Assembly: GCA_032718475.1 (NCBI GenBank)
Contig: JAUCBJ010000157.1
Coordinates: forward strand, 1-41,122
DNA from: Nemertoderma westbladi
Taxonomy: Eukaryota; Animalia; Xenacoelomorpha
Reading direction: 5' to 3'
Length of the DNA: 41,122 nt
The notes under the pieces were generated by a model, which saw only the letters and a program-made list of their open reading frames with translations, was not told the DNA's origin and searched no databases. The position numbers and the translations under genes were made by a program. Numbering within the stretch: the stretch's first letter is position 1; every line of letters begins with the position of its first letter. Of this stretch, positions 1 to 11,532 are shown in pieces.

Positions 1-2216
1 CTCGGATCATTATCAGTTCTATAGGGAATATCATTAATAACAGGTCTATAATCACCCTTAATAGGGTTTGCTATAGGAGTTTCAACTTCACTAGCAGTAT
101 AGATGCGTGTAGGCTCCACACCTTGCGCATGTAATACTTCAGACCTAACAGGTTGACACAATGTTACAGGGGGTATTGGTATGCCCCTTTGGATATTGAC
201 TAATTTGTCGCGTTCTAGTGCGATACTTTGCTGCACTTCTTGCAACTCTGCTCTACCTTCCCTCACTGTTCCCTTAAGTTGGTGGACAGTCTCCTGCATC
301 TGTCCCAGCAGGAGATTCATCCCCCGCCGTCCCTCTTCCACCCACTCAACCGCCGAAGCGGGAGTCGCCAACATAGTAGCGGGCTGACGCGGGACGACGG
401 GAGACAAATTATTGATTTCTCTCTCTGCTATCTGGACAGGGGTATTCTCTTGGACTGTTCCACCGGGTACAGGCAGTGTAGTACTATGTAAAGGGAATTT
501 AGAGTTAAGCTCTGGAAGTGCAGGGGTCTCTAGCACAGAAGTGACTTTGGGAACAACAGGCCTAATTATTTCAGGTTCATCGACTATAGTAGGGAGTCTT
601 TTGACCTGGATAAATTGTTCTATGGGTTCTGCACTACCTAAGTCTGTGCTAGTTAGCTGTCTTTTAACAGCTGGGGGCAAATCAGGCAATTTGCGACGGT
701 AAGATGTTTTTCTACGCCTACTTAGATGAGATCTATTTCCTCCGCCTTCAGGATCGGTGGTCTCGCCTTCCTCCGAGGATGTGTATCCCTGGCGCTTGGG
801 AGTAGATTTTCTCATCATCTGCATTTGATTAGCAGTAAACTGTTTATTTATACTGTCTTGTGTCTCTTGCAGATTTTCCAACTCCAGTTGGGTAGTCTGC
901 TCAGAGGCTCTCCGTTCTGCTTCTGCCACTGCCTTTGCTGCTTTTCTTTCTGCTTCTGCATCTGCCGCCGCTGCCTTTCTTTCTGCTTCTGCATCTGCCG
1001 CCGCTGCCTTTCTTTCTACTTCTGCTTCTGCCATAGCCGCCGCCTTTTGTTCCTCTATCCTTCTTTTCTTTATTTGTTCTTCTCGGACTCTAGTGAGGCG
1101 GAGTTTTTCATCACATTCAGCTTGGTTTGCAGCTAACATTTCGGCATCGATTGAGTCCAACACAAGCTTGGTTCCTTCACTATTAGGGGAAAGTCCAGAC
1201 AGCCGTCTCCTCAACTCTTCGTCTCCTAGGAATCGCTGATAGTCGGACAAATAAATGTCGATAGCGTCTCTAGTTCGCGGTTTCTCGGCGGTCTCTTCGC
1301 TTTCCGCTTGAGAAAGGGTGACATCAGTTGGTTCTTCATAGGTTGATCTCTCAGCCAGCTGGGATTTCCACTGGGCCGTTTCCTGTACTTTGAGATCTAC
1401 CCGATGTAACCAAGTTTTGACAGCAACCTGCAGCGACGTGTCCTGTCTTCTTTTGGAAGTTTCCTCAAAGGCTGAGAGGATTAGTCGAATGCGTAGGGTT
1501 CTTTCGCGTATTTGATATAGCAGCTCTTCCTGCTCTTGAGGTCCTTGAGGTTGTCGAAACAGTTGTTCTTCCAATCGATCCAAGGATCCGAAGAATCCCT
1601 GCACATATCCTGCTGCCGACCTCTTCCAAACAGCTGGATCCATTGTATCTTTAGCCACTCCCATCCTGTGTATATCTTCCCAAGTAGCCTCGGACAGATC
1701 CAACGGAAGTCCGAGTCCGGGAAAGTTCCATTGTGACTCGACAATAGATATCAATTCTTCCCTGGCGTATCCCGCGTAATTATCTTGGGTCGCTCGCTTA
1801 TTCTTCGCCCAGTCGGCTTGATGTTCCTCCACCGCAATGAATATAGTAGTTAGCACTGCAGCAGGAAGAGTAAGAAGGGGGTCCGAGTAGACTGTATCAG
1901 CCATCTGCACTCCATGTTCGGGAGTCAGCTCTACAGTATCCGAACTGCTGGAGCTATCGGGTCGCTGGGAAGTAGGTTCTTGACCAAGATGTTGCTGCGA
2001 TGGGACAACTGCCTCTTGGTTCCGTTTTACCTGTGCCCGAGTGCCTATGATGGACCTATGGTGGACTAGCCTAGGGTCTGATACTACTGGAGGGATGACC
2101 TTTTTTGCAGTAGGAGGTGAGCCGAACTCCTTTCTTATTCGCTCCACACTCCTATCTGAATCACAGATAGTTGTATCGATCAGACTGTCTGACAGGTTTT
2201 GCTGAGTGTCAGACAT
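1..2216 (-). CDS. N-terminal part of BEL/Pao-like Gag polyprotein, copy A (partial, runs off the window)
   Basis: Manual translation from ATG 2216 (MSDTQQNLSDSLIDTTICDSDRS...) stays open for 738 codons to the window edge, so the ORF track has no stop to call it. Collinear with 20436-~18230 of copy B. Confidence 0.9.
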   Translation of the reverse strand, partial: MSDTQQNLSDSLIDTTICDSDRSVERIRKEFGSPPTAKKVIPPVVSDPRLVHHRSIIGTRAQVKRNQEAVVPSQQHLGQEPTSQRPDSSSSSDTVELTPEHGVQMADTVYSDPLLTLPAAVLTTIFIAVEEHQADWAKNKRATQDNYAGYAREELISIVESQWNFPGLGLPLDLSEATWEDIHRMGVAKDTMDPAVWKRSAAGYVQGFFGSLDRLEEQLFRQPQGPQEQEELLYQIRERTLRIRLILSAFEETSKRRQDTSLQVAVKTWLHRVDLKVQETAQWKSQLAERSTYEEPTDVTLSQAESEETAEKPRTRDAIDIYLSDYQRFLGDEELRRRLSGLSPNSEGTKLVLDSIDAEMLAANQAECDEKLRLTRVREEQIKKRRIEEQKAAAMAEAEVERKAAAADAEAERKAAAADAEAERKAAKAVAEAERRASEQTTQLELENLQETQDSINKQFTANQMQMMRKSTPKRQGYTSSEEGETTDPEGGGNRSHLSRRRKTSYRRKLPDLPPAVKRQLTSTDLGSAEPIEQFIQVKRLPTIVDEPEIIRPVVPKVTSVLETPALPELNSKFPLHSTTLPVPGGTVQENTPVQIAEREINNLSPVVPRQPATMLATPASAVEWVEEGRRGMNLLLGQMQETVHQLKGTVREGRAELQEVQQSIALERDKLVNIQRGIPIPPVTLCQPVRSEVLHAQGVEPTRIYTASEVETPIANPIKGDYRPVINDIPYRTDNDP

Positions 2217-2352
2217 GTTTAGCTATACAGTTGAATGTCTACTACTATAGTTTCAGTTAAAGCAAGTCTGGTAATTCAGTATGACCGCAAGCCTAGCGAT
2301 TTATTACCGGTACCGTTACTCAGTGTAACGTGATATATATACAATATATTAG

Positions 2353-2595
2353 AATACCGGTATGCTTATAATATATATAAGTATTATAAACTAGGTTTGT
2401 CACAGAGTACCGGTATATAAATTTAGCACAGATATATATAAATATATAATAGGCCTATCGTGAATACCGGTATACAGCTTACACTTATAGTATATAAGTA
2501 TAATTATGAACTAGAATTAATTACAGAGTACCGGTATGATTTCAGCTCAAATTTATAGAAATAAATATAATAAGCCTATGGTAAGTACCGGTATG
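2353..2595. repeat. Diverged ~110-120-bp tandem duplication in the leader of copy A
   Basis: AATACCGGTAT...ACAGAGTACCGGTAT...AAATATAATA(G/A)GCCTAT repeats from 2353 and 2463, with a third start near 2584. Confidence 0.75.
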
Positions 2596-3584
2596 TCAAT
2601 TATTTTTAGAATAATTGAGTTCCTGAATATTTTAGGGTTACTTGGTTACTTTAACTTACTTTATTACCGTTATTTAAGCAGTAGTCCAACTGATATTGAG
2701 ACCTAGTTGTTGTATGGCAGGCCTACTATTTATAAATCGTTTGAGTTGATTTATAATATTTATATACCCGTTTAAATGGGTTTTTGTCAATATTTGAAAT
2801 AAATGTTATTATTTCTGGGGGAGTCACTACACAGAAGCTGAACGCTCTCAGTGAAGTGCTATTTATTTGACACTAAAACTGATAATTCTAATTTACCTAA
2901 GTTACTTAATACTACAAATTACTTACGATACGGGTGAGATTAATTCTCTAATTAAACACAACAAAAATATTACGTACGAAATTTTTAGGGTAATTTTACA
3001 GGAAGTCTACAAACCAGCCTAACAAAGGGTTAGATTTCTGGTTATTACAACGGACAGGGTACTACAGTATTTGAAATAATAAGTAGTAGTAAATATATTG
3101 TACTGTCCAGATAGGAAAATACCACCGCCTGACGACCTATAACCGTATCGCTATAGGTACTACGTTATGTATCACGGATTGTTCCTACCCAGAAGCTAAT
3201 AGAGCTAACGAATGTGCCTATCAACCACTTTACAACACAAATATACTGCCTACACTAATTACTTCGGAAAGCACTGTACACTAAACCCTAAATTAGGTAC
3301 AAGTACCGGTATAACAAATAATCAGTAGTTAAATATACTTGAACAGTTAAAAGAACCACGGCATCTGCTGGAGTGACCGAAGCACAAAGTCACCAGTCTT
3401 GTCCTACGCCAAGCAGCCCGTGTAGTACCGGGGTTAATTTAACTATAACGGTATGTATAACAAGCACAATTACTGTAGGAATAAACTTGGGGACATGAAT
3501 GTTGCGAATAATCGCGTAAACTCTGAATAATAAATATTACGCTACCCGTACAGAATACTCAAACAAAAATACAAACCAAACACT

Positions 3585-4095
3585 GGCAGACTACTATCAA
3601 GCCTAAACAAACTACAGTATGTGCAGATTCTGAAACTGTTAGTTAGTATGCGTTCTAACACGGTAGTACGACTTATTCTTTAAGAGGGGATTGACCTTAC
3701 AGCATATGGCTGCCCCAACTTACTAACGGCACTTGATCAGACAAACTCTACACACGCAGCAATCCCTTCAGGCCTAAGAATAGCTAGACAACAATCCAGC
3801 CTACAAAATATTTGAGTAATAACTATTACGGTACCTGAACAGACTACACAAACAAACACAGGCCAAAAATGCCGGCAGACCACGATCAAGCCTAAATAAA
3901 CTACAGTATATGCAGATTCTGAAACTGTTAGTTAGTATGCGTTCTAACACGGTAGTACGACTTATTCTTTAAGAGGGGATTGACCTTACAGCATATGGCT
4001 GCCCCAACTTACTAACGGCACTTTATCAGACAAACTCTACACACGCCGTAATCTTTCCAAACCCAACAACAGTCAGACAGCAGCTCAGCCTACAA
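3585..4095. repeat. 289-bp-period tandem duplication with an identical ~110-bp core
   Basis: GGCAGAC... starts at 3585 and 3874; TGCAGATTCTGAAACTG...ACTAACGGCACTT is the same in both copies while the flanks differ. Confidence 0.9.
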
Positions 4096-4276
4096 TTATC
4101 TGAACAATCTGAGCAGGGTCACACGCCTTCTGCTCAATATTAGCCTACTAGTAAATAAAACTGACAGAAATAGACCAAAGTAAAATCCCAATAAAAACCA
4201 GGCGTCCCCGATTTAATATCGAGACCTACCGGTATACAATAATCAAAATCGAATAATACTAATGTACTTATACAGC

Positions 4277-4363
4277 AGTACCGGTTAGGACAGTTGGGCC
4301 TACAGACCTACAGAAGTACCGGTTCTGTCAGTTGGGCCTACGGACCTACAGAAGTACCGGTTC
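4277..4363. repeat. 38-bp tandem repeat (~2.3 copies)
   Basis: AGTACCGGTT at 4277, 4315 and 4353; CAGTTGGGCCTAC(A/G)GACCTACAGA in the first two units. Confidence 0.85.
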
Positions 4364-4430
4364 AGGTTTACCGGTCACTACGGTATTTTACAACCTTATT
4401 GCCTACTGCAATAAGATTATAAACTGTTAC

Positions 4431-5255
4431 TGTTCGCGCTTTTGAAGACCTTTAGCAGTTTAACCTGCCAAAATTTATATGTCTTTTAGTTAATTAAAAC
4501 ACCTTTAGCACACGACAATATTTTATGCTAATAAACAAAACATTACCCGAAGTCAGCCCATGCGCGATCATTCACCCGATGGATCTACACCCGGGAGGCT
4601 GAATTCGGCTGCTTAAATTTTATTATTGCAGTGTAAGGTTGCAGTGTAAACTTACTGTATTATTCGATTGATCGTTATTAATTAATCTCTGACAGATATT
4701 ATTGACTTTCGGGAAATATTAACAGTTCCTTTAGGACGTGGCGCTCTATCTATTTAAACAGAACTAGGACTTATACTAAACGCAACGATACTGCTTATGA
4801 TTAAAGTATAAAGCGCATTCTTTAGGAAATGCTTTGTTACCAATCACAATCATGCACACTATTCTGCCGACCGTCAGTAAATTTGATCACACATAAAGAG
4901 AGCAGCAATTGACTCATGTAGGGTCTGCTAAATAACATTAGATTCAATACACACCACATTAATATAAATCGCAATTGTTATATATAGCCCGTCTCTCTAA
5001 CCTGTAGTGTATCAAGAAAATTGGGAATTTGGGGTGATTTATCCGTATTCTCCAAAGAGCAATATTTCCATCAACAAATAGATACAATTAATAACTGACG
5101 GTAAATAACAGTACAAACAATATGATTAATAGTGAGTTAATTAGATCAGATAAGACGATTGAGTTAGATGATTAGTTAGGTAACAGTTTATACTTTCGAT
5201 AATTTAAGCAGTTTTACTAGAGTTCTTCCCAAAAAGAACACAACAACAGAATCAT
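4431..5255 (-). repeat. Dispersed repeat, probable partial 5' LTR (R/U5 side) of copy A
   Basis: Aligns by eye with 12381-~13198 in the same orientation. Both begin sharply at TGTTCGCGCTTT (minus strand ends ...GCGAACA, a BEL-type AACA terminus). Confidence 0.6.
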
Positions 5256-5711
5256 ATAAAATCATATGACTACTTAACTATACGAGGATACCAACTCCCT
5301 TATTCCCCGAAGCTCCCGTTCAACACAGAGGATGAGCAGTGAGATAGGAAAATTCAGTTCAGTAGCTCTGGGATAGGTCGAAATCAACGCCCACTCAAAT
5401 TCTATTGGCCGACACGGACAGCAGGGCAGAGGCAACCTCCCTAAACTAGTTGGCCGATTAAACTGAGCCCAGATATCTCCGTACAGCACATCAGCCAATA
5501 AGCTGGTAGCTTGCACTATTTTAGTTATAAATCCCTTTGAGAGTATTCTAGCGACTGGGGGGGAACTGGCCAGCAAAGGCAAACGTATCAGTTATCCCAC
5601 AAAAGCTTTTACAATTTTGGACATCAACTACTGTACTCAATGAAACTTCCTTGAAGTCAATTTGTGTCACGTGGAACCACAAACTTGATCTTAATGTAAA
5701 ACCGAGCAGTC

Positions 5712-6106
5712 CATGCTGGGCTCTAACTGCTGAGGACACCATATCTCTGGATGGCACATTCACAAGAATGCTACGCCGGGTTCATTGTGTCAAGTACAAT
5801 GCACACATCTCCAACCAGACACTATATAACATTGGAGGTGTCTCATTGGTTCCCCCAAGCTTGACACTAGAACCAAATCGCCTCCGCTTTGCAGGACATT
5901 GCTTTCGCCGTGTGGACCAGCCAGTGCATAATCTTGTACTTTGGCAGTCTCATAGAGTGAATAAGCATGGTGGACATCCCATGACTTTCTTGAGACGCAT
6001 CTTAAAGGAACCTGGCCTTGAAGATGCGGATGATCTAGCAAATGTCATGGGTGATAGGGAGTTGTGGCGGGGCAATTTTGTCGATAAGCCGGCACAGCAT
6101 TCTTAA
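5712..6106 (+). mobile_element. 3' fragment of a non-LTR retrotransposon (RTE-like post-RT C-terminus)
   Basis: WALT..DTISLDGTFTRMLRRV...RLRFAGHCFRR...LVLWQ...GGHP...MGDRELWR matches the usual C-terminal signature of RTE-like ORFs. No RT core upstream. Confidence 0.75.
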
Positions 6107-6290
6107 AAATGCAGCTGCAACGCAGCATGCCGATCCTAGAGCAGTTCTAGAAAACTCCAGTTGCCATGGTAATGGGAGCTTAACTAAGACATATGACTTT
6201 TAACTAGGTAAACAAATGAACTGATGAGTCAAGTGTGTTTAATTTTACTTAGCTTCGTGGTTGCAGTTCCTTAAGGAAATGCCTTTCTAG

Positions 6291-9200
6291 TAATGTGTTC
6301 TATCTTGTAAAAGTGGCCGCTCGCCACTACTGTGGTGTATCAACAACCAGAGAGAATAATGTGTTCTATCTTGTAAAAGTGGCCGCTCGCCACTACTGTG
6401 GTGTATCAACAACCAGAGAGAATAATGTGTTCTATCTTGTAAAAGTGGCCGCTCGCCACTACTGTGGTGTATCAACAACCAGAGAGAATAATGTGTTCTA
6501 TCTTGTAAAAGTGGCCGATCGCCACTACTGTGGTGTATCAACAACCAGAGAGAATAATGTGTTCTATCTTGTAAAAGTGGTCGCTCGCCATTACTGTGGT
6601 GTATCAACAACCAGAGAGAATAATGTGTTCTATCTTGTAAAAGTGGTCGCTCGCCATTACTGTGGTGTATCAACAACCAGAGAGAATAATGTGTTCTATC
6701 TTGTAAAAGTGGCCGCTCGCCACTACTGTGGTGTATCAACAACCAGAGAGAATAATGTGTTCTATCTTGTAAAAGTGGCCGATCGCCACTACTGTGGTGT
6801 ATCAACAACCAGAGAGAATAATGTGTTCTATCTTGTAAAAGTGGCCGCTCGCCACTACTGTGGTGTATCAACAACCAGAGAGAATAATGTGTTCTATCTT
6901 GTAAAAGTGGCCGATCGCCACTACTGTGGTGTATCAACAACCAGAGAGAATAATGTGTTCTATCTTGTAAAAGTGGTCGCTCTCCACTACTGTAGTGTAT
7001 CAACAACCAGAGAGAATAATGTGTTCTATCTTGTAAAAGTGGTCGTTCTCCACTACTAACTGTGGTGTATCAACAACCAGAGAGAATAATGTGTTATTCT
7101 TGTAAAAGTGGCCGCTCTCCACTACTGTGGTGTATCAACAACCAGAGAGAATAATGTGTTCTATCTTGTAAAAGTGGCCGCTCTCCACTACTGTGGTGTA
7201 TCAACAACCAGAGAGAATAATGTGTTCTATCTTGTAAAAGTGGCCGCTCTCCACTACTGTGGTGTATCAACAACCAGAGAGAATAATGTGTTATTCTTGT
7301 AAAAGTGGTCGCTCTCCACTACTAACTGTGGTGTATCAACAACCAGAGAGAATAATGTGTTCTATCTTGTAAAAGTGGTCGCTCTCCACTACTGTAGTGT
7401 ATCAACAACCAGAGAGAATAATGTGTTCTATCTTGTAAAAGTGGCCGCTCTCCACTACTGTGGTGTATCAACAACCAGAGAGAATAATGTGTTATTCTTG
7501 TAAAAGTGGTCGCTCTCCACTACTAACTGTGGTGTATCAACAACCAGAGAGAATAATGTGTTCTATCTTGTAAAAGTGGCCGCTCTCCACTACTGTGGTG
7601 TATCAACAACCAGAGAGAATAATGTGTTATTCTTGTAAAAGTGGTCGCTCTCCACTACTAACTGTGGTGTATCAACAACCAGAGAGAATAATGTGTTCTA
7701 TCTTGTAAAAGTGGCCGCTCTCCACTACTGTGGTGTATCAACAACCAGAGAGAATAATGTGTTCTATCTTGTAAAAGTGGCCGCTCTCCACTACTGTGGT
7801 GTATCAACAACCAGAGAGAATAATGTGTTCTATCTTGTAAAAGTGGTCGCTCTCCACTACTGGGGTGTATCAACAACCAGAGAGAATAATGTGTTCTATC
7901 TTGTAAAAGTGGTCGCTCTCCACTACTGTGGTGTATCAACAACCAGAGAGAATAATGTGTTATTCTTGTAAAAGTGGTCGCTCTCCACTACTAACTGTGG
8001 TGTATCAACAACCAGAGAGAATAATGTGTTCTATCTTGTAAAAGTGGCCGCTCTCCACTACTGTGGTGTATCAACAACCAGAGAGAATAATGTGTTCTAT
8101 CTTGTAAAAGTGGCCGCTCTCCACTGCTGTAGTGTATCAACAACCAGAGAGAATAATGTGTTCTATCTTGTAAAAGTGGCCGATCGCCACTACTGTGGTG
8201 TATCAACAACCAGAGAGAATAATGTGTTCTATCTTGTAAAAGTGGCCGCTCGCCACTACTGTGGTGTATCAACAACCAGAGAGAATAATGTGTTCTATCT
8301 TGTAAAAGTGGCCGCTCTCCACTACTGTGGTGTATCAACAACCAGAGAGAATAATGTGTTCTATCTTGTAAAAGTGGCCGCTCGCCACTACTGTGGTGTA
8401 TCAACAACCAGAGAGAATAATGTGTTCTATCTTGTAAAAGTGGCCGCTCTCCACCACTGTGGTGTATCAACAACCAGAGAGAATAATGTGTTCTATCTTG
8501 TAAAAGTGGCCGCTCTCCACTACTGTGGTGTATCAACAACCAGAGAGAATAATGTGTTCTATCTTGTAAAAGTGGTCGCTCGCCATTACTGTGGTGTATC
8601 AACAACCAGAGAGAATAATGTGTTCTATCTTGTAAAAGTGGTCGCTCTCCACTACTAACTGTGGTGTATCAACAACCAGAGAGAATAATGTGTTCTATCC
8701 TGTAAAAGTGGCCGCTCTCCACTACTGTAGTGTATCAACAACCAGAGAGAATAATGTGTTCTATCTTGTAAAAGTGGCCGCTCTCCACTACTGTAGTGTA
8801 TCAACAACCAGAGAGAATAATGTGTTCTATCTTGTAAAAGTGGCCGCTCTCCACCACTGTGGTGTATCAACAACCAGAGAGAATAATGTGTTCTATCTTG
8901 TAAAAGTGGCCGCTCTCCACTACTGTGGTGTATCAACAACCAGAGAGAATAATGTGTTCTATCTTGTAAAAGTGGCCGCTCTCCACTACTGTAGTGTATC
9001 AACAACCAGAGAGAATAATGTGTTCTATCTTGTAAAAGTGGCCGCTCTCCACTACTGTGGTGTATCAACAACCAGAGAGAATAATGTGTTCTATCTTGTA
9101 AAAGTGGCCGCTCGCCACTACTGTGGTGTATCAACAACCAGAGAGAATAATGTGTTCTATCTTGTAAAAGTGGTCGCTCTCCACTACTGTGGTGTATCAA

Positions 9201-11524
9201 CAACCAGAGAGAATAATGTGTTCTATCTTGTAAAAGTGGCCGCTCTCCACTACTGTGATGTATCAACAACCAGAGAGAATAATGTGTTCTATCTTGTAAA
9301 AGTGGCCGCTCTCCACTACAGTGATGTATCAACAACCAGAGAGAATAATGTGTTCTATCTTGTAAAAGTGGCCGCTCTCCACTACTGTGGTGTATCAACA
9401 ACCAGAGAGAATAATGTGTTCTATCTTGTAAAAGTGGTCGCTCTCCACTACTGTGGTGTATCAACAACCAGAGAGAATAATGTGTTCTATCTTGTAAAAG
9501 TGGCCAATCGCCACTACTGTGGTGTATCAACAACCAGAGAGAATAATGTGTTCTATATTGTAAAAGTGGCCGATCGCCACTACTGTGGTGTATCAACAAC
9601 CAGAGAGAATAATGTGTTCTATATTGTAAAAGTGGCCGATCGCCACTACTGTGGTGTATCAACAACCAGAGAGAATAATGTGTTCTATCTTGTAAAAGTG
9701 GTCGCTCTCCACTACTGTGGTGTATCAACAACCAGAGAGAATAATGTGTTCTATCTTGTAAAAGTGGCCGCTCTCCACTACTAACTGTGGTGTATCAACA
9801 ACCAGAGAGAATAATGTGTTCTATCTTGTAAAAGTGGCCGCTCTCCACTACTGTAGTGTATCAACAACCAGAGAGAATAATGTGTTCTATCTTGTAAAAG
9901 TGGCCGCTCTCCACTACTGTGGTGTATCAACAACCAGAGAGAATAATGTGTTCTATCTTGTAAAAGTGGCCGCTCTCCACTACTGTGGTGTATCAACAAC
10001 CAGAGAGAATAATGTGTTCTATCTTGTAAAAGTGGCCGCTCTCCACTACTAACTGTGGTGTATCAACAACCAGAGAGAATAATGTGTTCTATCTTGTAAA
10101 AGTGGCCGCTCTCCACTACTGTAGTGTATCAACAACCAGAGAGAATAATGTGTTCTATCTTGTAAAAGTGGCCGCTCTCCACTACTGTGGTGTATCAACA
10201 ACCAGAGAGAATAATGTGTTCTATCTTGTAAAAGTGGCCGCTCTCCACTACTGTAGTGTATCAACAACCAGAGAGAATAATGTGTTCTATCTTGTAAAAG
10301 TGGCCGCTCTCCACTACTGTAGTGTATCAACAACCAGAGAGAATAATGTGTTCTATCTTGTAAAAGTGGCCGCTCTCCACTACTGTAGTGTATCAACAAC
10401 CAGAGAGAATAATGTGTTCTATCTTGTAAAAGTGGTCGCTCTCCACTACTGTGGTGTATCAACAACCAGAGAGAATAATGTGTTCTATCTTGTAAAAGTG
10501 GTCGCTCTCCACTACTGTAGTGTATCAACAACCAGAGAGAATAATGTGTTCTATCTTGTAAAAGTGGTCGCTCTCCACTACTGTGGTGTATCAACAACCA
10601 GAGAGAATAATGTGTTCTATCTTGTAAAAGTGGCCGCTCTCCACTACTGTGGTGTATCAACAACCAGAGAGAATAATGTGTTCTATCTTGTAAAAGTGGC
10701 CGCTCTCCACTACTAACTGTGGTGTATCAACAACCAGAGAGAATAATGTGTTCTATCTTGTAAAAGTGGCCGCTCTCCACTACTGTGGTGTATCAACAAC
10801 CAGAGAGAATAATGTGTTCTATCTTGTAAAAGTGGTCGCTCTCCACTACTGTGGTGTATCAACAACCAGAGAGAATAATGTGTTCTATCTTGTAAAAGTG
10901 GCCGCTCTCCACTACTGTGGTGTATCAACAACCAGAGAGAATAATGTGTTCTATCTTGTAAAAGTGGCCGCTCTCCACTACTGTGGTGTATCAACAACCA
11001 GAGAGAATAATGTGTTCTATCTTGTAAAAGTGGCCGCTCGCCACTACTGTGGTGTATCAACAACCAGAGAGAATAATGTGTTCTATCTTGTAAAAGTGGC
11101 CGCTCTCCACTACTGTGGTGTATCAACAACCAGAGAGAATAATGTGTTCTATCTTGTAAAAGTGGCCGCTCTCCACTACTGTGGTGTATCAACAACCAGA
11201 GAGAATAATGTGTTCTATCTTGTAAAAGTGGCCGCTCGCCACTACTGTGGTGTATCAACAACCAGAGAGAATAATGTGTTCTATCTTGTAAAAGTGGCTG
11301 CTCTCCACTACTAACTGTGGTGTATCAACAACCAGAGAGAATAATGTGTTCTATCTTGTAAAAGTGGCCGATCTCCACTACTGTGGTGTATCAACAACCA
11401 GAGAGAATAATGTGTTCTATCTTGTAAAAGTGGCCGCTCTCCACTACTAACTGTGGTGTATCAACAACCAGAGAGAATAATGTGTTCTATGTTGTAAAAG
11501 TGGCCGCTCTCCACTACTGTGGTG
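6291..11524. repeat. 66-bp satellite array 1 (~78-79 units)
   Basis: Unit GAATAATGTGTTCTATCTTGTAAAAGTGGCCGCTCTCCACTACTGTGGTGTATCAACAACCAGAGA, with recurrent +4-bp (TAAC) and -1-bp variants. Confidence 0.98.
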
Positions 11525-11532
11525 GTAATGGT

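Larger units (their letters stand above)
1..5255 (-). mobile_element. BEL/Pao-derived LTR element, copy A (5' part: LTR remnant, ~2.2-kb leader, start of ORF)
   Basis: ORF and first ~160 bp of leader are homologous to copy B, and 4431-~5255 is homologous to the putative LTR of copy B. No clear PBS found, so the 5' boundary is inferred. Confidence 0.65.

Noticed and set aside
181-1744. Short alternative-frame and antisense ORFs over the retroelement genes (also within 15681-20479, 33001-36509 and 40590-40883)
   Set aside because: Shadows of the real coding frames, with no recognisable motifs.
4418-5192. 13-bp inverted repeat TATAAACTGTTAC / GTAACAGTTTATA suggesting a MITE
   Set aside because: Not preserved in the second copy at 12381, and homology continues past the right arm; the LTR reading fits better.
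5274-5582. 102-aa minus-strand ORF
   Set aside because: Non-ATG start, no recognisable motif or splice context; left unassigned.
6221-6280. CTGATGAG hammerhead ribozyme core
   Set aside because: No stem II closing onto a GAAA and no matching stems I/III found.
6263-6291. Hairpin (TTCCTTAAGGAA) plus CTAG|T resembling a Helitron 3' end just before array 1
   Set aside because: Hairpin is AT-rich and too close to CTAG, no 5' end is identifiable, and a similar motif occurs inside the LTR-like repeat (~4815-4835).
6287-11314. Long ORFs on both strands of the 66-bp array (also 20534-24017)
   Set aside because: The 66-bp unit is a multiple of 3 and stop-free in one frame per strand. Frames break at every +4 variant and there is no unique coding context.
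6291-11524. CRISPR-like regular repeat with an internal hairpin
   Set aside because: No unique spacers, no cas genes, eukaryotic context.
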